Origin: Comamonadaceae bacterium
GTDB lineage: Bacteria; Pseudomonadota; Gammaproteobacteria; Burkholderiales; Burkholderiaceae_C
Direction of reading: 5' to 3'
NCBI GenBank assembly: GCA_025356545.1
Contig: JANXSU010000293.1
Coordinates: forward strand, 1 to 55,348
DNA: 55,348 nt
Positions 40,962 to 50,579 of this stretch are shown in pieces. Made by a program: the position numbers and the translations under genes. Positions within the stretch are counted from its first letter, which is position 1, and every line of letters begins with the position of its first letter. The notes beneath the pieces were generated by a model. It did not search any database and had not been told where the DNA came from. It saw only the letters and a program-made list of their open reading frames with translations.

Positions 40962-41014
40962 ATATATTGTGGGACAGACCGCAGTGATGCGAAGCGAACC
41001 AGCTCTGTCACCAA

Positions 41015-42061
41015 CTAATCAGGGGTGTTCTTGCGGGACAAACCCCACCCACGCGCCAGCGCCAACACCTGTTGCAAGGCATCAGGTGCATCACACGCCA
41101 CCACACGGCGCTGGGGCATAGAGCGCAGCCAGGTGAGCTGGCGCTTGGCGAGTTGACGCGTGGCAAAGATGCACTTGTCGCGCAACTCGGCTAGCGCTTT
41201 GGCGTCAATGGGGTCTAAATATTCCCAAGCCTGTCGATACCCCACGCAGCGCATCGCGGGCAAGTCGGGATTCAAGTCCCCGCGCGCGCGCAAGGCGCGT
41301 ACTTCATCTAAAAATCCACCCGCCAGCATGGCCTCAAAGCGCTGTGCAATGCGGGCATGCAGCCAAGCGCGGTCTTGCGGCTCCAGTGAGATCAGCAGGG
41401 TTTCCCCGGCCTCAAATTGAATGCCAAATTGGTCTGCAAGGCCCGGGGAGTAACCGCGAGAAGCTATCTTTTTTATAGTATGCAGGGTTGACATGGGTTG
41501 CCCAGAAATGCGGTACACCTCCAGCGCGCGCTGGATGCGTTGCGCGTCCGCCGGGTTCAGACGCGCGGCTGTGATCGGGTCCACCTGGGCCAGCTCGGCG
41601 TGCAGGGTGGCCCAGCCTTTGGCTTGCGCCTCGGCCTCAATAGCGGCGCGCACGCTGGCGTCGGCCTTGGGCATGTCGTCGAGCCCCTCGAACAGCGCTT
41701 TGAAGTACAGCATAGTGCCGCCCACTAGCAGTGGCAAGTGGCCACGGCCGTGAATCTCACCGATTAATTGCGTAGCGTCACGCACGAAGTCGGCTGCGCT
41801 GTAGGCGTTGAGCGGGTCGCGGATGTCGATCAGGTGGTGCGGCACGGCGGCCAGCTCCGCCGCGCTGGGCTTGGCCGTGCCGATGTCCATGCCGCGATAG
41901 ACCAGCGCCGAATCGACGCTGATGATTTCCACCGGGTGCGTGTTTGCAAAGGCCTGCGCAATGGCCAGCGCCGCTGCGGTTTTGCCGGATGCTGTCGGCC
42001 CGGCAATCGCCAGACAGTTAACCAGGCATTGGATCGTTTCAGTGCTCACGGTTGTTCCCAT
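41015..42061 (-). CDS. miaA: tRNA dimethylallyltransferase
   Basis: P-loop [19 protein letters not shown], then [18 protein letters not shown] and VPHHLIDI. The start at 42061 (MGTTVS) is uncertain by a few codons. The track start at 42178 lies inside the upstream MFS gene. Confidence 0.9.
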   Translation of the reverse strand: MGTTVSTETIQCLVNCLAIAGPTASGKTAAALAIAQAFANTHPVEIISVDSALVYRGMDIGTAKPSAAELAAVPHHLIDIRDPLNAYSAADFVRDATQLIGEIHGRGHLPLLVGGTMLYFKALFEGLDDMPKADASVRAAIEAEAQAKGWATLHAELAQVDPITAARLNPADAQRIQRALEVYRISGQPMSTLHTIKKIASRGYSPGLADQFGIQFEAGETLLISLEPQDRAWLHARIAQRFEAMLAGGFLDEVRALRARGDLNPDLPAMRCVGYRQAWEYLDPIDAKALAELRDKCIFATRQLAKRQLTWLRSMPQRRVVACDAPDALQQVLALARGWGLSRKNTPD

Positions 42062-43241
42062 GCTTTTGCACCCAGGTCCAAGCCACCAAGGCGGTGACCA
42101 CGCTCCAAAAGCACACGCCGTAAGCCAGGGGCCGTACCGTGCCGTCCATATGCGAGCCCAGCCAGCCGCCCACGGCAAAAGCCATCACCATCATCAAAAA
42201 ACCATTCAGAGCCGAAGCCGCGCCCGCTGCCTGCGGGAACGGCCCCACCGCACCGCTTTGCGCGCAGGGGTGGTGGATGCCGTGGCCCATCATGTAGAGG
42301 TAAAACGGCGGCATGATGGCCCAGCCGCTGCTGATGCCTGCCCCCGCCAGTCCCGCCATGAGCCCGCCGCCCGCCAGTGTGAAGCCCGCACCTATGGCGA
42401 CGGTGCGCAACACGCCCCTACCCGGCAAGAGACGCCGACACAAGAAGGTGCCGGCGATATAGGCCAAGGGCATGGTGCCCATCACAAAACCGTAGTGCGT
42501 GTTCGTCAGGCCCAGCACCTGGATGAAGACAAAGGACGAGGTCGCTAGAAAGGTGAACAGACCGGCGTAAGTGGCTGTGGACAGAGCAGCGTAAGCCCTG
42601 AATGTGGGGTGACGCGCAATGTGCCGCCAAGTGCGCAGCAGCGTGGCCGGGTTGAGCGCCTGTGGGTTTTTGTGCGGGTTGCTCTCGGTGAAGTGCCAGG
42701 CCACGACGCCCAGTGTGACAACACCAAACACACACAATGAAAACATCGCCACGCGCCAACCAAAGGCTTCGGTCAGTAGGCCACCCAGCGGCCCGGTGAT
42801 GATGGTCAGAAGACCCAGGCCGGTGAGTGCCTTGGTCATCACGTGCGCACCTTCCACCGGGGTGAACAAGTCCCGCGTGATGGCACGCGCACCCATCACC
42901 CCCGCCCCTAAGGCCGCACCCTGCACCATGCGCCAGCCGATGAAGAAATCTATGGATGACGCCAGCGCACAGCCTGCGCTGGCCAGCACGTAGGCCCCCA
43001 GGCCCCACAGCAAAATCGGGCGACGGCCAAAACGATCCGACAAAGGCCCCCACACCAACTGAGAGCAACCAAAAGCCAGCAGCAGCGCGGTCAAGGTCAG
43101 TTGGGCCTGCCCCATCGACGCCCCTAGACTGTTGGTGATCGTGGGCAACGCTGGCAGGTACAGATCGGTGGTGACGCTTTGCAGACCCAGGAGCAGGGAG
43201 AGAGTGACGACGATCAGCGCGGGGGAGGGGGGGGATTTCAT
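42039..43241 (-). CDS. MFS transporter, Bcr/CflA drug-resistance subfamily
   Basis: Start [33 protein letters not shown] at 43241. MFS motif [14 protein letters not shown]. 12 predicted TM-like hydrophobic runs. Confidence 0.85.
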   Translation of the reverse strand: MKSPPSPALIVVTLSLLLGLQSVTTDLYLPALPTITNSLGASMGQAQLTLTALLLAFGCSQLVWGPLSDRFGRRPILLWGLGAYVLASAGCALASSIDFFIGWRMVQGAALGAGVMGARAITRDLFTPVEGAHVMTKALTGLGLLTIITGPLGGLLTEAFGWRVAMFSLCVFGVVTLGVVAWHFTESNPHKNPQALNPATLLRTWRHIARHPTFRAYAALSTATYAGLFTFLATSSFVFIQVLGLTNTHYGFVMGTMPLAYIAGTFLCRRLLPGRGVLRTVAIGAGFTLAGGGLMAGLAGAGISSGWAIMPPFYLYMMGHGIHHPCAQSGAVGPFPQAAGAASALNGFLMMVMAFAVGGWLGSHMDGTVRPLAYGVCFWSVVTALVAWTWVQKHGNNREH

Positions 43242-43258
43242 GTGGGGCGAAAGGAGTC

Positions 43259-45322
43259 TTACCGCCCACGCATAAACAGCGCATCCAGCTCCCGGATCGT
43301 CATTTGCCGCCAAGTGGGGCGGCCGTGGTTGCATTGGTCGGAGCGCTCGGTGTGTTCCATCTGGCGCAGCAGCGCGTTCATCTCGTCCAGCGTGAGTTTG
43401 CGGTTGGCGCGCACGGCACCGTGGCAGGCCATGGTGGAGAGCAGCTCGTTGCGGGCGCGTTGGATCACGGTGCTGGCGTCGTGTTGCGCCAATTCATGCA
43501 ACACGCTGCGCGCCAGCTCGACCGCGTCACCCTGCACCAGCGAGGCGGGCACGGCGCGCACGGCCAGGGTCTTGGGCGAGAAGGGGGTGATCTCCAGCCC
43601 GAGCGTGTGCAGCGTGGTGAGGTGCGCCTCGGCCGTGGCCACCTCTTGCGGCGTGGCGGCAAAGGTGGCGGGGATGAGCAGGGGCTGGCTGGCCAGGGTG
43701 GTGGCTGAGTCCTCAAAGGCGGCGTCCATCTGGGTTTTGAGCCGCTCATAGACGATGCGCTCGTGCGCGGCGTGCATGTCCACCACGATCAGACCCTGGG
43801 TGTTTTCGGCCAGGATGTAGATGCCTTGCAACTGTGCGATGGCCCGGCCCAAGGGCCAGTCGCCGGGGGGGAGGTCTGGGTGTGGAGTCGTGTCACTCGC
43901 CGTGTTGGCAGCGTTAAAACCCGTTTGGTCGGAGCTAATTTCAGTTCGGGCTGAGTCTGTCGAAGCCCACCCTTCGACAAGTTCAGGACGAGCGATTGGG
44001 GTTGGCGCGTTGCCAAAGGGTTGCCACAGTGCCCCCAAATCAGACACACGGTGTCCACCAGTTGCTCCGAAATTGATAGCTGCTTGTGCTAATGGATATT
44101 GGCCTACAGGCCAATTTTTCTCTGAGTTTTGATTGAAATTTAGGTTCTGAGTCGATGCCTGTGCCAGAGCCTGAACCTCTGCTGCCGCTTGCGTTGCCGC
44201 CAACGCACGCGGCGCGGCCAGCGCACGCGGTGCGGCCAGGGCGTTTTCCACCGCGTGGCGCACGGTTTGATGCACTTCACGGCTGTCACGAAAGCGCACC
44301 TCGATCTTGGTCGGGTGCACGTTGACATCGACGCGCTCGGGGGCAATCTCAACGTACAGGGCATAGACCGGCTGGCGGTGGCCGTGCAGCACGTCCTCAT
44401 AGGCGCTGCGTGCGGCGTGGGTGAGCACCTTGTCACGCACGAAGCGGCCGTTGACGTAGCAAAACTGCTGGTCAGCGCGTGAACGGGCTGCGTCGGGTAT
44501 GCCTGCATAGCCCCACACCCGCACGCCTTGCATGGCCGTTGTTGAACCCACTCGATCAAGCGATTCAGCCAGCGATGCACTGAGCGACGCCCCCAACGCC
44601 GAGCTGCTGCTGCGGTAGTCCACCGCCACCGCTTGCCTGGTGAAGTCGTCCCCCAGCACGTCGACCAGTCGCCGACTCAAAGCGCCCATCGGTGATGGCT
44701 CGGCACATGCGCGCCACTGCTCCACCAGCTTGCCTTCATGCCAGATGGCAAAGCCCACATCAGGCCGCACCAGGGCGTGGCGGCGCACGGCCTCAATGCA
44801 ATGGGCCAGCTCGGTTGCGTCGGTCTTGAGAAATTTGCGCCGCGCCGGGGTGCTGAAGAACAGCTCTTTGACCTCCACCGTGGTGCCGGTGCTGCGCGCC
44901 ACAGGCGACAACTCACCCGTGCGGCCATCCAGTAGCCAGGCATTCGGTTGGTCTGCAGCCCTTGAAAGAATGGCGCAGTCAGCTATCGAATTAATAGCGG
45001 CCAGTGCCTCACCGCGAAACCCCATCGTGCCTACCGACTCTAGGTCGCGCAGACTGCTGATCTTGCTGGTGGCATGGCGCTTGAAGGCAATCGGCAGCTC
45101 ATCGCGCAAGATACCCATGCCGTTGTCCTCCACCGCAATCAGGCGTACACCGCCGGCCAATAGGCGCAGGGTGATTTGCGTGGCCCCGGCGTCCAGCGCG
45201 TTGTCTAGCAACTCACGCACCACCGAGGCGGGGCGTTCCACCACCTCGCCCGCCGCAATTTGGCTGATCAGCTCGTCAGGCAGCTCAAGAATGGGACGGC
45301 GGGGGGAGGAGGCGGCGTTCAA
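43259..45322 (-). CDS. mutL: DNA mismatch repair protein MutL
   Basis: GHKL ATPase N-terminus: LPDELISQIAAGEVVERPASVVRELLDNALDAGA. C-terminal domain: LIVVDMHAAHERIVYE ... CNHGRPTW. The only start candidate in frame is a TTG at 45322 that overlaps the yjgA stop. The linker is long and repetitive. Confidence 0.93.
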   Translation of the reverse strand: MNAASSPRRPILELPDELISQIAAGEVVERPASVVRELLDNALDAGATQITLRLLAGGVRLIAVEDNGMGILRDELPIAFKRHATSKISSLRDLESVGTMGFRGEALAAINSIADCAILSRAADQPNAWLLDGRTGELSPVARSTGTTVEVKELFFSTPARRKFLKTDATELAHCIEAVRRHALVRPDVGFAIWHEGKLVEQWRACAEPSPMGALSRRLVDVLGDDFTRQAVAVDYRSSSSALGASLSASLAESLDRVGSTTAMQGVRVWGYAGIPDAARSRADQQFCYVNGRFVRDKVLTHAARSAYEDVLHGHRQPVYALYVEIAPERVDVNVHPTKIEVRFRDSREVHQTVRHAVENALAAPRALAAPRALAATQAAAEVQALAQASTQNLNFNQNSEKNWPVGQYPLAQAAINFGATGGHRVSDLGALWQPFGNAPTPIARPELVEGWASTDSARTEISSDQTGFNAANTASDTTPHPDLPPGDWPLGRAIAQLQGIYILAENTQGLIVVDMHAAHERIVYERLKTQMDAAFEDSATTLASQPLLIPATFAATPQEVATAEAHLTTLHTLGLEITPFSPKTLAVRAVPASLVQGDAVELARSVLHELAQHDASTVIQRARNELLSTMACHGAVRANRKLTLDEMNALLRQMEHTERSDQCNHGRPTWRQMTIRELDALFMRGR
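43942..44000. repeat. REP-type imperfect palindrome (family A, copy 2) inside the mutL coding sequence
   Basis: cagttcGGGCTGAGTCTGTCGAAGcccacCCTTCGACAAGTTCAGGACgagcg aligns with the copy at 22888-22945 in the same orientation. It is translated in mutL as ARPELVEGWASTDSARTE. Confidence 0.8.
44098..44119. repeat. Perfect 8-bp-arm hairpin plus T-run inside the AT-rich part of the mutL linker
   Basis: ATTGGCCTacAGGCCAAT is followed by TTTT on the plus strand, which is antisense to mutL. Confidence 0.6.
44199..44243. repeat. In-frame 18-bp tandem repeat (2.5 copies) in the mutL linker
   Basis: gccaacgcacgcggcgcg / gccagcgcacgcggtgcg / gccagggcg encodes ALAAPRALAAPRALAA on the minus strand. Confidence 0.85.
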
Positions 45323-45981
45323 GGTGCGTAGGAGCCGACAGTTGAGTCATTCTCAGGCACATCCACACCGCCAGAGAGTTGCCCGCGCACCAGGAGAAAA
45401 ATCTCCCGGTAAGCGCGGCCGTGGCGCTGGGCCAGACCTTTTGATTCGGCGTCCTGGTCATGCGGCTTGGCGTCCTTGCGGGCTTGGCGCACCAATGCAC
45501 GGAGTTGCTGCGCGTCGGTTTGCGGAAACTGCGTGATCCACTGGCCCACGGCGTCTTCGTCGGCAATCAGCCGGTCACGCCATTGCTCGGTCAAATGCAG
45601 CGCCAATGTCTCGCGGGCGGAAGGGGCGCGTTGCTCTTCCAGGGCGGCGCGTACCGCATCGAGCTGTTCGGGCGTTAGCAGGCGCATGAGTTTGCCGACG
45701 AACTGCATCTGGCGGCGCTTGCCCTCAAAGTTGGTGATGCGTTTGGCGTCCACCAGCGCGTCTTTTAATTTGTCGGACAAGTCCAGGCGCGCCATCAGGT
45801 CGGCGCGCAGGGTCATTAGCTCTTCACCGAGTTTTTGCAGCTCGGTGCTTTCGCGTTTGAGGTCGGTTCGGCTGATTTCGTTGTCGCCTTTGAGCTCGCG
45901 TTTGAGCTCTAGGTCAAGCTCGCTGCCCTCGGCGACGAACTGGCCTTTGACGAAGTAGCCTTTTTTGGGTTTGCGTGACAT
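45319..45981 (-). CDS. yjgA: Ribosome-associated YjgA/DarP (DUF615) family protein
   Basis: 220 aa. The pattern SRTDLKRESTELQKLGEELMTL...RITNFEGKRRQMQFVGKLMR...LHLTEQWRDRLIA is typical of the family. Confidence 0.85.
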   Translation of the reverse strand: MSRKPKKGYFVKGQFVAEGSELDLELKRELKGDNEISRTDLKRESTELQKLGEELMTLRADLMARLDLSDKLKDALVDAKRITNFEGKRRQMQFVGKLMRLLTPEQLDAVRAALEEQRAPSARETLALHLTEQWRDRLIADEDAVGQWITQFPQTDAQQLRALVRQARKDAKPHDQDAESKGLAQRHGRAYREIFLLVRGQLSGGVDVPENDSTVGSYAP

Positions 45982-46042
45982 GGTGGGGAATCAGAGTGGC
46001 GGCACGTGCTGTGCTGCTTGGGCAAGTATCATAGCTCCCGAT

Positions 46043-47455
46043 ATGAAAAAACTTGCCCCCCGCGCTCCAAAGTCCATCCCACGCGTCACTTCTTCCGCTG
46101 ACAGCGGCTTCAGCTATAGCCGCCCCTACTTTGAGGAACTGGTGGACACCGCCTTGGCGCACGCCAAAAAGCTGGGTGCTACCAACGCTGGGGCCGAGGC
46201 CTCTGAGGGTTGTGGCCTGAGCGTCTCCGTGCGTAAGGGCGAGCTGGAAAACGTGGAGCGCAACCGCGACAAGTCGCTGGGCGTCAGCGTTTACCTGGGC
46301 AATCGCCGGGGCAACGCCAGCACGTCTGACTTCTCCAAAGCGGCCATTCACCAGACCGTGCAGGCGGCCTATGACATCGCCCGCTTCACCGCCGAAGACC
46401 CGATGGCTGGCTTGCCGGACGTGGAAGACGTCGTGCCGCCCACACAAGCCCTGCCCGAGCTGGATTTGTTCTACCCCTGGGCCATCAACAGCGAGCAGGC
46501 CGCGAAACTGGCGTTGGTGTGCGAGTCCGCCGCGTTGAAGACCGATAAACGCATCACCAACAGCGAAGGCGCGGCGGTCTCGGCCCAGCAGTCACATTTT
46601 TTCAGCGCCCACACCCACGGTTTTCGCGGCGGCTACGCCAGTTCACGCCATTCCATTTCGGTGTCGCCCATTGCAGGCCGGGGCGAGGACATGCAGCGCG
46701 ACGCCTGGTACAGCTCCATGCGGCATCCGGACGACCTGGCCTCACCCGTGGCGGTGGGCCGTTACGCGGCTGAGCGTGCCCTGAGCCGCCTGCACGCTCG
46801 CAAAATCCCCACGACCCAATGCCCGGTGCTGTTTGAGTCGCCCTTGGCCGCTGGCCTGCTGGGCGCGCTGGTGCAGGCCCTGAGCGGCGGTGCGCTGTAC
46901 CGCAAGAGCACGTTTTTGCTGGATTCACTGGGCAAGCCGGTGTTGCCCAAGCACATCGACGTGCGTGAAGATCCCTTCATCAAACGCGGTAAGGGCAGTT
47001 CGCCGTTTGACGATGAGGGCGTGCAGGTCAAGGCCCGCTCGGTGATTGATGCCGGGCGCGTCCAGGGCTATTTTTTAAGCACCTACTCAGCCCGCAAGCT
47101 GGGCATGAAAACCACCGGCAATGCCGGTGGCTCGCACAACCTGACGCTCACCTCGCGCCTGACCCGTGCCAGTGATGATTTGGATGCGATGCTGGAAAAA
47201 TTGGGCACCGGCCTGTTCGTCACCGAGTTGATGGGCAGCGGCGTGAACTATGTGACGGGTGACTACTCGCGCGGGGCCAGCGGTTTCTGGGTCGAGAAGG
47301 GCCGCATTGCCTTCCCCGTGCAAGAAATCACCATCGCAGGCAACATGAAAGACATGCTCAAAGGCATCCAGGCGGTGGGTTCCGACACTTATAACTACGG
47401 TGCAAAAACCGTGGGTTCGATTTTGGTGAATCGGATGAAGGTGGCGGGGAGTTGA
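46043..47455 (+). CDS. pmbA: Metalloprotease PmbA (TldE)
   Basis: Internal start MKKLAP at 46043. ...SVSVRKGELENVERNRDKSLGVSVYLGNRRGNASTSDFS... and the C-terminal GDYSRGASGFWVEKGRIAFPVQEITIAGN are PmbA/TldD-family motifs. Confidence 0.9.
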   Translation: MKKLAPRAPKSIPRVTSSADSGFSYSRPYFEELVDTALAHAKKLGATNAGAEASEGCGLSVSVRKGELENVERNRDKSLGVSVYLGNRRGNASTSDFSKAAIHQTVQAAYDIARFTAEDPMAGLPDVEDVVPPTQALPELDLFYPWAINSEQAAKLALVCESAALKTDKRITNSEGAAVSAQQSHFFSAHTHGFRGGYASSRHSISVSPIAGRGEDMQRDAWYSSMRHPDDLASPVAVGRYAAERALSRLHARKIPTTQCPVLFESPLAAGLLGALVQALSGGALYRKSTFLLDSLGKPVLPKHIDVREDPFIKRGKGSSPFDDEGVQVKARSVIDAGRVQGYFLSTYSARKLGMKTTGNAGGSHNLTLTSRLTRASDDLDAMLEKLGTGLFVTELMGSGVNYVTGDYSRGASGFWVEKGRIAFPVQEITIAGNMKDMLKGIQAVGSDTYNYGAKTVGSILVNRMKVAGS

Positions 47456-47467
47456 GTCACTTTCGCT

Positions 47468-48484
47468 TCAGTCCAACTTGGCGTTAGACACCTTCACCAC
47501 CTCGCGCCAGCGGGCGATCTCCGTGCTGATGTAGGCCGCTGCTTCAGTGCGGTTCATTTTGGGGACGGTGGAGCCTAGAGAGGCCCAGCGTTCGGTGATT
47601 TCGGGGGAGGCCAAAGCCTTGCTCACCTCGGCCGTCATCTTGTCTTGGATGTCCTTGGGCGTTCCCTTGATGGCCCAGAACGCGTACCAGCTGGACGCCA
47701 CGTAATTGGGAAGGCCTGCTTCCGTTGCGGTGGGCACGTTCATGTAGCCCTCAACGCGCTTGTCGCTGGCCACAGCCAGAGCCACCAGTTGGCCAGACTT
47801 GATGAACGGCCCAGCCCCGGCCAAGGTGTCAAACATCATGTCCACCTGGCCGGTCACCAGGTCTTGCAGCGCAGGCCCCGTGCCCCGGTAGGGGATGTGA
47901 GTCAAGAACAACTTGGTCTGCATCTTGAACAACTCACCCGCCAAGTGCTGTGACGTGCCGTTGCCAGTGGAGGCGTAGTTGTATTTGCCGGGGTTTTGGC
48001 GAAGGACGTCGATGACCGACTGCAAATCATTCTTGGGGAAGCGTTTCGGGTTGACCACGATGACGTGGGGCACGCTGCTTAGGATGGCCACCGGCTCAAA
48101 ATCGCGCGTGATGTCGTAGGACAAATTGGGATACATGCTCGGGGCGATGGAGTGGTGCACCGCGCCTAGAAACCAGGTGTAGCCATCGGGCGCCATCTTG
48201 GCGGCAATGGCCGCGCCCACCGTTCCGCCTGCACCGCCTTTGTTTTCCACCACGATGGGCGTTCCCAGTTGCGTGCCGAGTTGGCGCGCCAGGGGGCGGC
48301 CAAACGCGTCCACTGCGCCGCCGGGCGGGAAGGGGTTGATGAAGGTGATGGGTTTGCCCGCGGCAGGCCAGCTTTGCGCCAGGGCCAAAGACCCTGCGCC
48401 CGATAGTGCGCTCATGCACAGGGCAACCAGCGCCAGCAAGGCGCTGCGACGTGGCAAGAACGGCGTGGAGGTGTGCTGTGTCAT
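47468..48484 (-). CDS. Bug-family (TctC-like) substrate-binding protein
   Basis: Signal peptide, then PITFINPFPPGGAVDAFGRP...VENKGGAGG. Confidence 0.9.
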   Translation of the reverse strand: MTQHTSTPFLPRRSALLALVALCMSALSGAGSLALAQSWPAAGKPITFINPFPPGGAVDAFGRPLARQLGTQLGTPIVVENKGGAGGTVGAAIAAKMAPDGYTWFLGAVHHSIAPSMYPNLSYDITRDFEPVAILSSVPHVIVVNPKRFPKNDLQSVIDVLRQNPGKYNYASTGNGTSQHLAGELFKMQTKLFLTHIPYRGTGPALQDLVTGQVDMMFDTLAGAGPFIKSGQLVALAVASDKRVEGYMNVPTATEAGLPNYVASSWYAFWAIKGTPKDIQDKMTAEVSKALASPEITERWASLGSTVPKMNRTEAAAYISTEIARWREVVKVSNAKLD

Positions 48485-48537
48485 AAGGTGTCCTGAGGTG
48501 TCTGGGCGGGGCGGCTGATTAGAATCGCCCCATTCTA

Positions 48538-49755
48538 ATGACCCAACTGATTGAGAAAAACACCATGCAGACCACCACCGATTCGCCTACCAAAGCGCCC
48601 ACCGTTTTGGCCCCGCTAAGCGGTGTTCGCGTCATCGAAATCTGCAACGTGGCCGCTGGCCCGTTTTGTTCCCTGTTGCTGGCCGATATGGGCGCAGACG
48701 TGGTCAAACTGGAGAGCCCTGGCAGCGGCGACACCCTGCGCGCTTGGCCACCGCACACCGGGCCTGAGGACGATCGCTTGAGTGAAAATTTTGCCAGCCT
48801 GAACCGCAATAAACGCTCCATCACGCTGGACTTAAAAAACCCACAAGAGAACGCGCAAGCCAAAGCATTGCTGGCGGGCGCTGACGTCTTGATCGAGAAC
48901 AACCGCCCCGGCGTGATGAAACGCCTGGGGCTTGATTTTGAAACGCTGCGCACCATCAACCCCAAGCTGCTTTACTGCTCTATCTCCGCCTACGGGCAGA
49001 CTGGCCCGCGCGCCAATGAAGGCGGTTTCGACGTCACGATTCAGGCCATGAGCGGCATCATGAGCGTGACCGGTGAGTCCGATGGCGCGCCGGTGAAGTG
49101 CGGCGTGCCGGTGGCTGATTTCACCGCTGGTTTGTACGGCGCGATGAGCATTTGCGCGCAGTTGCGCCAGGTGCAGGCCACAGGGCAGGGCGTGCACATT
49201 GATGTGCCGATGATGGGTACATCGCTGGCCATTGCTGCCCTGCAAACGTCGGAGTATTTCGGTGTGAAACGCGACCCGGTCAAGCTGGGATCGGCGCACC
49301 CGCGCAACGCGCCCTACCAAGCCTTTTTGGCGCAAGACGATTACCTGGTGATGGCCGCAGGCACGCAAAGCCTGTGGGAGACGGTGTGCAAGATATTGAA
49401 ATGCGAGGACTTGATTGCCGATCCACGTTTTGCCAACACGGCCATGCGTGCGAAAAATCAACTCGCACTCAAGGCGTTGATTGAGGCGGTTTTGCAAGCG
49501 AACACTTCCGCTTACTGGATTGCAGCCTTCAGCCAAGCGGGCGTGCCCTGCTGCCCCATCAACCGCTATTCCGACGTGTTGGCCGACCCGCAAACGGAGG
49601 CGATGGAATGGGTGCAGCCTTTGCACATGGCGAACGGTCACGCCACGCACACGGTGGGCACACCGCTCAAGTTCAATGGGGCTGCCGCGCCCATTGCGCG
49701 CCGACCACCGCGCTTGGGAGAGCACAACGCGGAAATTTTAGGGAGCCAGCCATGA
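48538..49755 (+). CDS. Family III CoA-transferase (CaiB/BaiF family)
   Basis: LSGVRVIEICNVAAGPFCSLLLADMGADVVKLESP and ...NRNKRSITLDLK... are family signatures. An alternative start lies at 48565. Confidence 0.88.
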   Translation: MTQLIEKNTMQTTTDSPTKAPTVLAPLSGVRVIEICNVAAGPFCSLLLADMGADVVKLESPGSGDTLRAWPPHTGPEDDRLSENFASLNRNKRSITLDLKNPQENAQAKALLAGADVLIENNRPGVMKRLGLDFETLRTINPKLLYCSISAYGQTGPRANEGGFDVTIQAMSGIMSVTGESDGAPVKCGVPVADFTAGLYGAMSICAQLRQVQATGQGVHIDVPMMGTSLAIAALQTSEYFGVKRDPVKLGSAHPRNAPYQAFLAQDDYLVMAAGTQSLWETVCKILKCEDLIADPRFANTAMRAKNQLALKALIEAVLQANTSAYWIAAFSQAGVPCCPINRYSDVLADPQTEAMEWVQPLHMANGHATHTVGTPLKFNGAAAPIARRPPRLGEHNAEILGSQP

Positions 49756-50516
49756 GCTTGCCAACCCATGCGCCCACCGTGCTGATCAAGGTCGAGCGCG
49801 ACGGCCCCATCAAACGCATCACCCTGAACCGCCCCGAAAAACGCAACGCCTTGAGTCTGGAGCTGGCCACTGAGCTGCTGCTGGAAGCACAGCGCAGTGA
49901 ACGCGACGGCACGCGTTTGATCGTCTTGCGTGGCGAAGGCAAGGGCTTTTGCGCAGGCTTTGATTTCAGCCAGTTCCCGGCCTGTTCAGCGGGCGATTTG
50001 CTGCTGCACTTTGTACGCATCGAGCAGATGCTGCAAGCCTTTGCGCACTCATCTGTGGACACCCTGGCCTGCGTGCATGGACAAACCATAGGCGCGGGTG
50101 CGGATCTGACTCTGGCGTGTCGCCACCGCATCGGTGCGGCAGATACCCGCATGATGTTCCCCGGAGCGCGCTTTGGTCTGGTTCTGGGTTCGCGCCGACT
50201 CGCCGAGTGTGTGGGCACTGATCTTGCGCAGGGCCTGATCGGCAACACCAACAAGATCGACGCGCTGCACGCCAAAGAAATAGGCTTGCTGAATGAGGTG
50301 CTTGAACCCGATGCGTGGCCCGCTTATGAAGCACAGGTGTTGGCCCATGTGCTCGCCACACCGCCTGACGCCCGTGCCATGGTCTTACGCGCCACCCAGC
50401 GCGACACCCGCGAGCAAGATATGCATGACTTGGTGCAATCCGGAGCTGCGCTGGACATCAAGGCGCGTTTGGCGGCTTATCTGGCCCAGGTGCAGCCAAA
50501 AAAAATGGCACCCTAA
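49752..50516 (+). CDS. Enoyl-CoA hydratase/isomerase (crotonase) family protein
   Basis: The ATG at 49752 overlaps the CoA-transferase stop (ATGA). ITLNRPEKRNALS...GEGKGFCAGFDF is the crotonase oxyanion-hole region. Confidence 0.85.
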   Translation: MSLPTHAPTVLIKVERDGPIKRITLNRPEKRNALSLELATELLLEAQRSERDGTRLIVLRGEGKGFCAGFDFSQFPACSAGDLLLHFVRIEQMLQAFAHSSVDTLACVHGQTIGAGADLTLACRHRIGAADTRMMFPGARFGLVLGSRRLAECVGTDLAQGLIGNTNKIDALHAKEIGLLNEVLEPDAWPAYEAQVLAHVLATPPDARAMVLRATQRDTREQDMHDLVQSGAALDIKARLAAYLAQVQPKKMAP

Positions 50517-50523
50517 GGTGCCA
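50498..50523 (-). terminator. Rho-independent terminator of the phasin gene, embedded in the last codons of the convergent hydratase gene
   Basis: The minus strand reads TGGCACC-TTAG-GGTGCCA followed by TTTTTTTT. The hydratase TAA stop (50514-50516) lies in the loop. Confidence 0.7.
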
Positions 50524-50579
50524 TCTGAATCTCACAGCCTTAACGTGAAAGCTAAGGCCGTTGAGATCACAGTTTGGAT

